Below are positions 37,192-48,110 of a stretch of 63,787 nucleotides of DNA, one piece after another (positions within the stretch are counted from its first letter, which is position 1; every line of letters starts with the position of its first letter). The notes under the pieces were generated by a model. It saw only the letters and a program-made list of their open reading frames with translations, did not search any database and was not told where the DNA came from. The DNA comes from Phoronis australis (Eukaryota > Animalia > Phoronida): NCBI GenBank assembly GCA_002633005.1, contig NMRA01001033.1, positions 2,938 through 66,724 of the forward strand, written 5' to 3'. Position numbers and translations under genes: made by a program.

Positions 37192-37913
37192 CAGTGGCGG
37201 ATCTAGGATATCACAAGGGGGGCCCAACATTTTGTCCGGCTGTAAGCATTTGCGCAAACTGAACCACGATTGTAGATGCGCATAGCACCGAATGGGGGGA
37301 GGGCGGGAGGGGGGNNNNNNNNNNNNNNNNNNNNNNNNNNNNNNNNNNNNNNNNNNNNNNNNNNNNNNNNNNNNNNNNNNNNNNNNNNNNNNNNNNNNNN
37401 NNNNNNNNNNNNNNNNNNNNNNNNNNNNNNNNNNNNNNNNNNNNNNNNNNNNNNNNNNNNNNNNNNNNNNNNNNNNNNNNNNNNNNNNNNNNNNNNNNNN
37501 NNNNNNNNNNNNNNNNNNNNNNNNNNNNNNNNNNNNNNNNNNNNNNNNNNNNNNNNNNNNNNNNNNNNNNNNNNNNNNNNNNNNNNNNNNNNNNNNNNNN
37601 NNNNNNNNNNNNNNNNNNNNNNNNNNNNNNNNNNNNNNNNNNNNNNNNNNNNNNNNNNNNNNNNNNNNNNNNNNNNNNNNNNNNNNNNNNNNNNNNNNNN
37701 NNNNNNNNNNNNNNNNNNNNNNNNNNNNNNNNNNNNNNNNNNNNNNNNNNNNNNNNNNNNNNCATTTAAATCTTTTTTCATCCGTATAACTTTAATTACC
37801 GGGGTTAATTAATAAACTCACCATTTCCCTACGCTCTTACTGTTTTATTTTTTTGCGGCAGCTAAAGGGGGGGGGGAGTGGGCCCCCTGCCCCCCCCCCT
37901 AAATCCGCCTATG
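37192..37913. mobile_element. hAT-like CA..TG non-autonomous element, 5-bp TSD GATAG (spans N gap)
   Basis: CAGTGGCGGATCTAGG...CCTAAATCCGCCTATG. GATAG at 37187-37191 and 37914-37918. Confidence 0.85.
37315..37761. other. Assembly gap (others: 25484, 52441-52667, 56628-56797)
   Basis: Runs of N. Confidence 1.
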
Positions 37914-39438
37914 GATAGATAACATACTTTAATTACACTTTATCAAAAGACATCTTTAGTAACAAGTCGAAATTAGATATAGGGTGAGTAGTTTATGTCT
38001 TGTACCAACAGAGAAGGAGTGCCAAATCGTTTCAAGTGGTGTCACTTATTTTTGCTTAGAAAACCCTTCGGCGGAACTGTGCAGTTTTTAAATTAAATGA
38101 AGTATGATAACCGTATTGGTGTAGACGAAAAATCTCGTTGTCACTATGAAAAATGGTGGCAACCACGTGAAAGCCGCCATTACAATATTGCATAGTTAAC
38201 AAAGACATTACATATACTTCCTCCGGCAGGGAAGTAGGCTGCACGAGCAGGGAAAAATACATCATTCCTTGTGACACTTGCAGAAATAGTGCATATGTAC
38301 ACTTATACTTGATGTATAGGGCTGTCTGACCTTGACCTCGTTCCCAATCTAAGATGGCTTCCACATGAATAGCCTTTGTCTGAGCTTACAATCTATAGTT
38401 TAAGTATGATACGTGCCTTATAACTCTTCGTGCAATCACTTCTACAGTAGGCCTGTAAAAGATCTCAAAGCAATGCATCGACATTTTGTTGTAGTTTTTC
38501 ACAAAATTCAAACATGTCATTTGTACGGCTCTATCCATTAGTAACCATCCTGAGCCGACTGAAAAACGTGGTTTAGATGAATCAAATTTCTTGCTTCGAT
38601 TTTTTCTTGTTTTCAGTCACAGCATCAAAAGTTTGTTGTCGCCAGTCACCGAAAACATCCGTATGCATTGGTTTGCGTTAAAACCAACATAATCACACTT
38701 TGTTCGAGTCTTTTTTGTGAAAAATTGATGAGCATTTTCAACATGACGAGATAACCAACTTCCGTTTTCATCGCTTAAGCTAGAGTTTGCCTTTACAGTA
38801 AATTAACTAAAAAGCGTGACAGACCGTCCAGTCTACTTTCAGTTAACAACGATGTGATCATTGACACATTTTTATTAGATGTTCATTTTTCTATTTTAGC
38901 TTGAAGTAGGTATTCGCTTTCTAAATGGACTCTGCGTTCAGCACATCGCATAAGACAAACTTACATGTACATGTTGTCGGTCGAGTTGTATCCCATGATT
39001 CGTGAAAACATGTCGTGCTGAGACAACCATGTATAACCATAGATTATAGACAACAGATTCGCAACTCCGGCATATTCTTACGAGCTGAGTTGACCTCTAA
39101 TGACCTATCTGCTGCAGTTTCCGGTCAGTTTTAATTTGACGAGAAATACCTGCATCTACTTTACTGTCCAAAACAGCGAAAAAACATTAATTTATATTAA
39201 TTTCGGTATTGAAACGCTCTTCAAAATCTTTCAATAGTAGAAGTGTTGGTATTGTGAGTACTTTTGGCAATGCTACTGGTAATTAATTTCAAAATTCAAA
39301 CTTCGGTTCCGACCCTTTATGTCGTCTGCTTGCCCAATAGCAGCATAGTTATCGGACAGTTTTTGATTTACGGTTCACATAGGCCTACTGAGAAAACTAC
39401 GAAAGCGTGTTTATAAATCAACATTCTCAAGTGAGCAG

Positions 39439-39446
39439 TTCTTCTG
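39439..39446 (-). promoter_or_regulatory. Candidate histone downstream element (HDE)-like purine-rich motif
   Basis: CAGAAGAA begins 13 nt after the distal stem-loop on the minus strand. Confidence 0.35.
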
Positions 39447-39459
39447 GGCAGTGTTGAGT

Positions 39460-39475
39460 GGCCCTTAAAAGGGCC
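39460..39475 (-). terminator. Histone-type 3' stem-loop (distal)
   Basis: CCAAC-GGCCCT-TTTA-AGGGCC-ACTCA: perfect 6-bp stem, 4-nt loop, canonical flanks. Confidence 0.85.
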
Positions 39476-39500
39476 GTTGGTTGTAGGTATAGCGTGAAAT

Positions 39501-39516
39501 GGTTCTTAAAAGAACC
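39501..39516 (-). terminator. Histone-type 3' stem-loop (proximal)
   Basis: TCAAC-GGTTCT-TTTA-AGAACC-ATTTC, 10 nt after the stop codon. Confidence 0.8.
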
Positions 39517-39526
39517 GTTGAATAAT

Positions 39527-39844
39527 TCAACATAAATCACACAGTATGCCATGCTCACTCAAGTACTGAAGGTCCTCTTCATTAAAGTTTTCATCTGGAA
39601 AGGTTGGATGAAAACAGAGGAGATGACAATATCGATGACAGTTGTAACACCTTAGATAGATATCACCGTTCACCAACGTTGTCACGAACCCTGCATCGTT
39701 CAGTTCTTGTTCCTGTATCCACAAATAATCCTGAACTGTAGGAAAAAAATGACAAACAACACAACGAATCAAATTTCGAAAATCATCGCCTTCGTACGAT
39801 TCCGTGTTGCTGTCACCAGACTGATGTTCTTCTCCAACGTCCAT
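39527..39844 (-). CDS. Small acidic intronless C4HC3 (PHD-like) zinc-finger protein, 105 aa
   Basis: ATG at 39844 to TGA at 39527, uninterrupted. C-x2-C-x34-C-x2-C-x4-H-x2-C-x24-C-x2-C-stop. Confidence 0.7.
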   Translation of the reverse strand: MDVGEEHQSGDSNTESYEGDDFRNLIRCVVCHFFPTVQDYLWIQEQELNDAGFVTTLVNGDIYLRCYNCHRYCHLLCFHPTFPDENFNEEDLQYLSEHGILCDLC

Positions 39845-40110
39845 CGTAAAAAATCGACGTTGCAAGTGATGGAAACTTGTCTACGCTCTCGTCCTTTGTT
39901 TCTAACCTTTAACCCATTTTTAATAAAGGGGTGTACTGTTTTTGGCTCATGTTGATAGTGCATAATCTATGATTTTACAATGTATTAATAGTGTTAAATG
40001 CATATATATGAACTGGTCTCATTGAGGTGCACAGCAAATAAATTAACTATAACAAATTAAAGTTTTGAAAATATAAAGAGCAGTAACAGACTCCCTAAAA
40101 ATTAGGCTTG

Positions 40111-40170
40111 TTTTCGAAAGGTTTGCGCCATTGGTGATCCGATTGGTTCAATCGCTTGCGGCGGGAAAAT
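40111..40170 (-). promoter_or_regulatory. Candidate cell-cycle-type promoter motifs upstream of the zinc-finger ORF
   Basis: Minus strand carries TTTCCCGC (E2F consensus, 40161-40168), CCAAT at 40142-40146 and 40130-40134, and an adjacent TGGCGCAAA. Confidence 0.4.
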
Positions 40171-40340
40171 TGATAGACCCAGTTATTGTGCGCGTGTACA
40201 CTGTATCAATGCTTTGTATCTTATTCTTATTTGTCTAATCTGTTGATACAGTAAATTTCCTTATTTATGCCCATCCTGATTTAACCCCGACTTGAGCTCC
40301 TTGGGTTTTACCATATTGGGGCTGTCCAGGGACTCACGTG

Positions 40341-40484
40341 CATGCGCGCACCCAGTCTTCAAAATGGGGGGCTCGAATTCCTGACGTTATGGAACTGTTG
40401 TTAACAAGAGAGCGGGCAGACCTTTTTGCCCACTTCGCCAAATGGGGGGGGCTCGAACCCCCCCCCCTCTGAGTGGCGCACATG
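40341..40484. mobile_element. CATGCGCGCACCC-family MITE, 5-bp TSD ACGTG
   Basis: CATG...CATG ends. ACGTG at 40336-40340 and 40485-40489. Confidence 0.8.
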
Positions 40485-40763
40485 ACGTGGTGCTTACTCG
40501 AATGAGTTTCATTTTAGCGGCTATTTCCAATTGTGTAGGTGAAGTAAATTAACAAAGTGGATGATTATCATCACCGGTATTTCATCATTAGTATTTTTGT
40601 CGGCCTCTCAAGTTTTCCGTGGCTAGGGATTGTCACATCTGTAAGGTAGACGTGTTTCAGTGAACCTCCATGTTTGTGGCGTTATTTATACCTGACCAAA
40701 CTTTGAAAAAGAAGCCCGCGTTTAAACCAGGAGCTGCATTGGGTGCAATTTGTGTAGACGTTT

Positions 40764-40920
40764 CATGCGCGCACCCAGCCTCTAATACGGGGGCTCGAAT
40801 CTCTGGCAAAGTGGACCTTTTGCTAACAAAAAGCGTGAGAACTAAAATAAAAAACGGGGTGCTGCCGTATTGTGGACTTTCGTCTCTTTCTCTTGGACTT
40901 TTCCCCTGGGTGCGCGCATG
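40764..40920. mobile_element. CATGCGCGCACCCAG-family MITE, 5-bp TSD CGTTT (fragments also near 7908, 43138, 51010)
   Basis: Perfect 15-bp TIR. CGTTT at 40759-40763 and 40921-40925. Confidence 0.88.
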
Positions 40921-41218
40921 CGTTTGTCTACGTTGCTAGTTTTTATAAAGGTGGGCCTGTCTGTAGCCAACTACGGTAAATTCATAAAAGGTCACGTGCA
41001 GTGCAACTCAAGTTCATTACAAATTAAAAATCCGAACTTTCAAACCGTTTGATCTGAGTTGACATCTCAAATCAAAATTATGAAAATGCCACATAAAAGT
41101 ATGAAATTGAAAATTAGCACACGTCAGCTTCACGTCCCTACCACCCCCTTTATCTTGCTTGCTACCTCTTAGGGTTCATTTCCCTTGCTTCCGAGGTTTT
41201 TCGTTATTCTGGTATTTT

Positions 41219-42041
41219 CATAGACTGCAGCGTACTTGGCTAAGATGGTTCAAGTTTTGTGCGGCATACAGTCGACATAAATAATTGAGTATGTAACCTG
41301 CTGTTGAATTGCGGGATAGATTTTGACAGGTCCAGGTATTTATTTCTGAAGTATTAATGTAATCTTTATTTATGTTAAAGGTTTTACTAGCGTCCTATTT
41401 ATTTGTACACGAATGTGAATTTGTTGAAATCGCTGATCCAAATCCTGGCCAAATCTGCGCATTATGCTGAGACCAACCGTCTGATCAGGGCCACCTAAGA
41501 GTAATTTGGTTAATTCGCTCACTAGACTATGGCTGAAGGTCCTCGTAAGGACAAGAGTTCACCAGTCACTACCATTGGAAGAAATTTAGCGGACATTTTT
41601 CGTCAAAAAGTTTACCAGATAGTTTTCATCAAAACGGAGAAAAGAAAAATGGATTTGTGAAGACAGGATTAAGTAGTAGGCCTACCAGAGCCTCTTAAAA
41701 AACACCCATCTTCGAAGTGTCGTGAACAAATGTATGAGTTTTTTTTTGGAAGAAAAACTTCCATTCACGTCGACGCAAGAACATAACTTTTTCTCCCAAA
41801 GCGGATTTTGTGGTCTTCGTACACTATGGAAGCTAACGCCTCTGCATTTCGCCTGCGTAGCCGAACAACCGGCCACACAGCAACCGACCATGATTAGCAG
41901 ACGACGTACTTGCCGGAAATTACACCAGATAATTGAGCCAGGTGTCGCCAGTGAATAATGACGTAAAGGCTTGTGCGTAAGACCACAGATTTCGTCCATT
42001 GAAAGTAAACGGAGTTGGCGGTCCATGTACTATAGTCTATG
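41219..42041 (-). mobile_element. Decayed P-element-like element with THAP exon relic (41891-~41686)
   Basis: CATAGACT at both ends in inverted orientation. MVGCCVAGCS...GVSFH...W..., then a frameshift and YICSRHFEDGCF. TSD only partly matching. Confidence 0.6.
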
Positions 42042-44902
42042 GTATAACCCAACAACCCAAATATCCAGCGCAGACTGGAACGGAATTTAAAAATAAAACG
42101 GCCAGCCAGAGCGTGTAAACCATAGATATCACATAGACCGTGCGCGCGCCACTCAGATACATGCTGCTCACGTTGTCAATATGACGCGATATTGGAGAGT
42201 GTTACGCAGGACAAAAATTGCGGAAAACACTGGGAGCCCTACGGCATTAGTCAGAAAATCGGCGGGCTCGCAGTGTTATGCTTGCAGCCAAAGAATTAAA
42301 TTTTTTGGTTCAGCCTTTGAGTCACGGGTTTTTTGGTTCGTCCATGGACTTTTGAGGTGCTGCCCCTAGGTTTTTATGTTCTGCCACCATAGTTTAAGCA
42401 GAGCGATTAAGCGTTGTTTCCACATCAGTCTTGGGGATTGAGGCGATATAAGATCAATTAAAAGACAATTGCTGACCAGCATATGCTGTTATCCAATGAT
42501 GATGCTGTTTGTTAATTGTACTTAAGTAAATATTTGGTATCAATGACAATCATATGTATTTTTACTTGTTCTGAAAAATAACATCCCCAAACCTACTCGC
42601 TAGCCAATCAGTACATCAAAGTGAATAATGTATTTTGTGTTGAAATATATACTGTTTTAAAAACTCATTTCTTAAACAGTATTCCAAAATCAGATTTCTT
42701 CTGTTGTATTAACACAAACACATCCCTGCAAAATCTGTACTTATGTTAAAGTTGATATTGGAAATTTTGTGGATTTGTAATGCTTGCTTACGAGCTCTTT
42801 GTTTTGTGTCTCAAAACTTGCGCAAACAAGTAAAAAGCATACTAACCAAAATGTCAAACCTGTGCGACTGAATTGCGTATCCTACCTATATTCAAAATAC
42901 AGAATTTCTCACTCGAAACCGAGTGGAAATATAACCAACTGAGCCGGTATAGCATTAAATAATGACTAAGTGAAAATGACCCCGGCTAGTTTTTCACAGG
43001 GTCTAAATTTAATGTGAAGAATTTTTAGCCCATGAAACAATGACCTCATGTCCGTGAAAACCCGTCCCGTCTTTATTCAACGGTTTCAGGGGCGGATACA
43101 GAATTTTGATTTAGGGGGTCGGCAAACAAGAGGATCACATGCGCGCACCCAACCTAAAATATAGAGGGGGGAATTTTGCGGTCATGTGGACCTTTCATTG
43201 GAACATTGAGACGAATACTAAAAAAACGGGTAATAGGTTCAACCCCGTGCATTGCACCGACGAATTCTTTGAACTTTTGTCGCGTTTCCTCGGACTTTTT
43301 GTTTCTCTAAGAAGGACCTTTTTGCCCACTTCGACAAATGGGGGCTCATTCGAGCCTCCCGAGCCCCCCTTCATGGACTGGGCCCCTAAATATGAAAAGA
43401 TTTATAATTTTACAGGAAATGCACAGCTTTTGATGTTATCTGTTTTTCTCAAAAATAGAGCAACAGTTGTCTCCGTTATCCCTTGCCGGAGAGGAATCTC
43501 TGGAAAATATAGTTTTGCATTATTGCTTTTAAAAAACGGAGACCTTAACAACAATGTCCTGGCCAGATCCCTCAAAGGGTAAACCTTGCACTGATACTGA
43601 GTTGTCAAATGTTCTCTTGAATATTGTCACCTATCCATATTCGCGGTCTTTCTTTTCTCGACTGTCGCGGCACCACGCCTATGTCGGTTGGCAAGGTTTA
43701 GCTCTGACGCTTGCAATTTTGGGGGGAGGCACGTGCCCTCCCCCGGCCCCCGCTTCCTGCGGCCCTGTACTAACAGTATATAGGCCTACGTAATATCGGA
43801 CTTGTATCACTCGTGAAAACAGTCAAAGTTATTAACACTAATCGTTGGCTTTCGCCTTACATCATATTTTAATATATCAATTAAAATTGATATATAAAAA
43901 CAGCACTGCGAAAGCTTTGTCAAGCATCATTCCTGGTGCACTCGTAAAGGTATGTCAGAGATTAATTGAGCTTCTGACCGCAATTGGTGAATTTGTGGGC
44001 GATGCAATTCTATCATTTCCAGCCAGTAAACCTTTCTGATACCGCATTGGCTGACAAAGACTTAGTGTACATATTTGTTGCAGATGATTTTTTACGGAAA
44101 ATGGTAGAATAACAAAACATCTGGTTAAATGGGGCCTCAGAATTACCAGGAAGAGGGTCGGGTAGAAAGGGTTATTGAGCTCGCTGAAACTTTGAGATCC
44201 TAAGGCAGCTGCAAACGTATGCTGCAGTAACAGATACAATCTTTTGTTTTACTTGTGTAACTTAGGTCCTGTGTTGCTCCAGCAGCTGTAGAATTTTAAT
44301 CCCCAAAGCACCACCCATCCTTGTGTGAAAAGATATTTCTTAACAAGGGCGTTTACGCTTTCAAAACAACACTAGTGTTTTTTATCCTTGTTAATAATTG
44401 TTGCTTGACATTGTGTCAGCAGGAATATTTCCCAGACAGCCATTCATCGTTTCAGAAGATGAAACCGGTGACCAGAGAAAGCCAACGAGTGTGGTCTTAA
44501 GCGATAAAAGTGGGTGCGCTCAAAGACGCTACGGTCTCTGGTGCGCTCGAGTGTAAGTATTGAGAAAAGTGAAAATAAAGCATTGCATAGGACATAAAAG
44601 GATCTGAGCTATATCATCTGTTAAAAACCTAGTTAGAACTTACTATGCTAAGGACATTGACTGGTCAGTACAATCCTCGAAGTACCGATTTTACCTAACG
44701 CCAAGTCTACCCTGTTTACAACAAAATGTCGTTAAAGACTGGAAATTTTCCCTTTGCGTCTTTGTGGTGTAGTCTCGATGGTGTCAACACGCAGTTAGAC
44801 ATGGTTAAGACTGTCGAAAGTGTTAAGTTGTTTTTATCTTACGTATCCTTTTCCGGAATTTTGAGTGTGCGACATTGCCCTCCAACATCCACTATAGTAA
44901 GA

Positions 44903-45230
44903 ACGGATTGTGGGACACCGCCACCCAATTAGCATGAAACCGACCAGTGAAACTAATCAACACACGCTGTCATTTTCATTAACAGACAACAGACGACACG
45001 TACATCCTACAGTGTACAATTCTCTAACCATTGCCGGAAGGTGTGCGAAGTGAGTGTTTTGAAATGCCACGGTTGAGCAAGAAATAGGTCAAGTGGAGAA
45101 GAACTGGCATTCCGCCAATCAGAGATTTTAGAATGGAGCAACTGTATTCGTAACTTAAACACGCCGTGCAAGATTCAAAATTCAATTTTCTATGTCAACC
45201 CATCATCTTTGATGTAATTGGTCGGCGGGG
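44903..45230. repeat. Triplicated segment, copy 1 (others ~51040-51530 and ~58440-58900)
   Basis: Shared GGGACACCGCCACC..A.TAGCATGAAACC...GCATTCCG.CAATCAGAG...CAAGATTCAAAATTCAA. Confidence 0.85.
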
Positions 45231-45599
45231 AGGGAAATTCAACAGTTAGCCGAAAACGATTGAGAGCCACCTAAGATCACCTTTCAAGTACCTTCCATGA
45301 GTATAAACCGGCAGCAGACCTTCATTAACGCAAACTTAATTAAAAACACGACAGCACTCTCTGTTGCAGATCTTGATATAGACATGCCCATTCACACTAT
45401 CTGTCTGTAGGCCTTTCTACCTGTCACCACGAGTTATTTCGCTGTTTATTTCGCTTCCACCGTGTGCATTTCACTATGCGCCCGAGACATGTGCTCTCCA
45501 AATACAGCCACTATTTTTTAACTTGTTTTTTTGTAATGTCTAATGGCAATTTGCTTTATAACTACACACTGGAAGATCGGAAAGTGTACGGAGAATATG

Positions 45600-46377
45600 G
45601 GATTGTTTTAAACCCCCTCTACCCGCACACCCCACAACCCTCACGACCCCTTCGACCCACGACCCTCTCGACCCACGGCCTGTGGCAGTCTCTGCGCTTT
45701 TTACACATTTCATAATCATATCACGTCGCTGAATGACTTTCCCAAAAGACTTACGTGCACGCGAATCTGCTCTGGCTCACGTCTTGTGGTTAAAAACAGA
45801 AAGTTCGTAGGAACATGATTTTCTATAGCCAATTGTGGGCGTGCTATCGTTGTCACGGAAACAGTTCCACGAGCTGCTACCAATGGGCCGGCTTGTTCTA
45901 CGAAACTTAAGGAGAGAGAACGTTTAACGCGAATGGACATAACTTCATTTGTTTATTATTTGTTTTCTGTTGTATACTTGTTTACAAAATACTCCGGAAC
46001 ATTGAGATACTTCCTAGTTAACAATTTGTTTTTTCAAACTGTATATACTGAAGAAATTACATATTCATCGGTTCCTCGCACTCTCCCAGAAAAAGCTTGA
46101 ACCTATCATTCACTGAAGAGCAGACGAGACTATTACACTTTGCCGGGAACGAATTGATTCTCTTAATTACAAAAAAAAAACAGGGAAAAGCCATCCGACC
46201 TCACGGCCCGTTTCGTTGTTCAATGTTCAGATCTAGTTGAGCTTGTGAAGACTGTATCGAGGAGGTTGTGGACCGTGGGTCGAAGGGGAAGTTGGGCAGT
46301 GTGTCGTGGGTCGAGGGGGTCGTGGATCGAGAGGGTTGTGGGGTGGAAAGGATTGAGGAGGGTTTTGGAACAATTCG
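45600..46377. mobile_element. Old inverted-repeat element with CGACCC(A/T)C subterminal repeats
   Basis: C-rich left arm 45600-45680 is mirrored by G-rich right arm 46270-46377. Confidence 0.6.
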
Positions 46378-47849
46378 GTAATACGACCAAGTTTACATCA
46401 AGTGGTCTTATAGAATCACAGTCTTGCTTTTAAAAAAAGTGTTAACCGCCGAATTGGCTAGTTGGTTGGGGAGCGACTGTCTTACTCTACACAGCAAACC
46501 AGAGGTATGCATACTTTCGAGCGAGTGGGCAAATATAGATAGAGTATTTGAGCTTTAGACCACATTAATGCATTAATATTCAAATACTCATATCTGGTAC
46601 CCGCTAGATCTTGACAGAGTGGGGAATGGATTTTCGGTTCACGACGCCAGCTTGACATCAAGTGTCGTGACGTTACTACAGTTTACTGAACCAAAGGTAA
46701 CGTCAGCAAATAGATGTTTCGGGGATTTTATCGAGTTGATCGAAAAGTTTTGCAACTGCTACTAGTATTGAAATGGAATTCTAGAGTGATTTATTCTATG
46801 TGAAAAACCTGAAGGCCCAACAAAGGTAACCCAACGTTGTGGCGTTGGCATTTTAAACGCATTGACAAAACAATATACAGTCCGGAGAGTGAATATTGAA
46901 AGAAGTTCTGTGCATAAAACTTCAAATATGGAGGTTCCTGAAGCCGTTGGCTGGTGTGAACCATTCTAGGAAGGTGGTCATGGTGTGTGAACAGAAGGCT
47001 GTGCAGAGCAGCACATGTCCGATAGGTCTTAAAATGGAGACATGACCTGAAAGTCGATTGCAACACAACTACTGTCATGAATTCTCATGAAGTTATTTAA
47101 GTGCAAGTTTCATGATTTCCTATGATGTACAACTATCCCAACAAAATAGTTTATGTTATATAACAATTCCCGACATCTTGTGTTGTTGTTTACTATGTCA
47201 CTGATCAGTGCCCACTCATAGTGAAACCCTATATGCCAAAAAGCTGTCCAGACTTCATTCATGTTTATGAGTTGGATGAAATCACCGGAACTCTCAATAT
47301 TGTTGTTGTCTTGCATTCACAACCCACACATATTTCTAATATATCTTGTAGCTAGAGTTAATAAACTTTGTGTGTCAGTAGAAACTCAACGACTGTGTTA
47401 GTTTTTATGCTACTCTCCATCAACTTGCTGTTGCTACCTTGTTAGCAAACTATCTACCGTTCAACCAAGAACCGGGTAACCCAACTATACTACCACGATC
47501 TATACCCACACTACTGGAACCCGTGTCTACACAACTACATCGACCAGCTGTTGCGGCGCTCAGCTGATGATTGCAGTAGTGGCCATGGAGCACACCCATC
47601 TATCTTTGTGTAAGTAATTCTTCTTCAGAACGGAGTTGTTCATAGCAGCCTCGTTTGTCATTAAGATATTTTACGCCCAACGAAACGCAACCAATAGCTT
47701 CGAAAATTAGCGCATCTCTTTTGCGATTGTGTGCATGCCTAAAACAAGCTTATTAGCTCGCCGTGTGTTTCCTGTTTGCATATACGTGAACGTAGCATCC
47801 GTCCGTTCACTGTTTGATGGGTTCTGTATTGACATTCCACTAAAGGCAA

Positions 47850-48110
47850 GGTTAGATACGGAAGTCAAAGAGTTCTCGCTTATCTGACACCGATATTCCT
47901 CACTAAGGCTTTGTAAGACCTTATCAGCAAGTCTGTAAATTTAGTCAAATATAACATAATATAATTGGCTTAAGCAATGGTCTATATCTTCTTCACTTAG
48001 ATTTGCACTTTTCACCAGGACGCCATTAATTGGGTCCCGTTATGCCACCGAAACAAAACTGCGCTCCTGTCAAACGTATTGAATTTAAAGTCCTGGACTC
48101 GAACGTTGTT
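47850..48110. repeat. Segment duplicated at 54520-54735 plus 55220-55300
   Basis: Colinear match, with a ~480-bp insertion in the second copy. Confidence 0.8.

Noticed and set aside
37203-37812. Long ORFs across N runs (also 52370-52740, 56500-56865)
   Set aside because: Artefacts of translating assembly gaps.
38056-38420. 102-aa ORF and a nearby DKGY motif as a Harbinger relic
   Set aside because: One short motif with no supporting domain pattern or termini.
41474-41500. Third histone stem-loop (CCAAC-CGTCTGATC-AGGGCC-ACC)
   Set aside because: The 5' arm cannot pair with AGGGCC and there is no upstream ORF on that strand.
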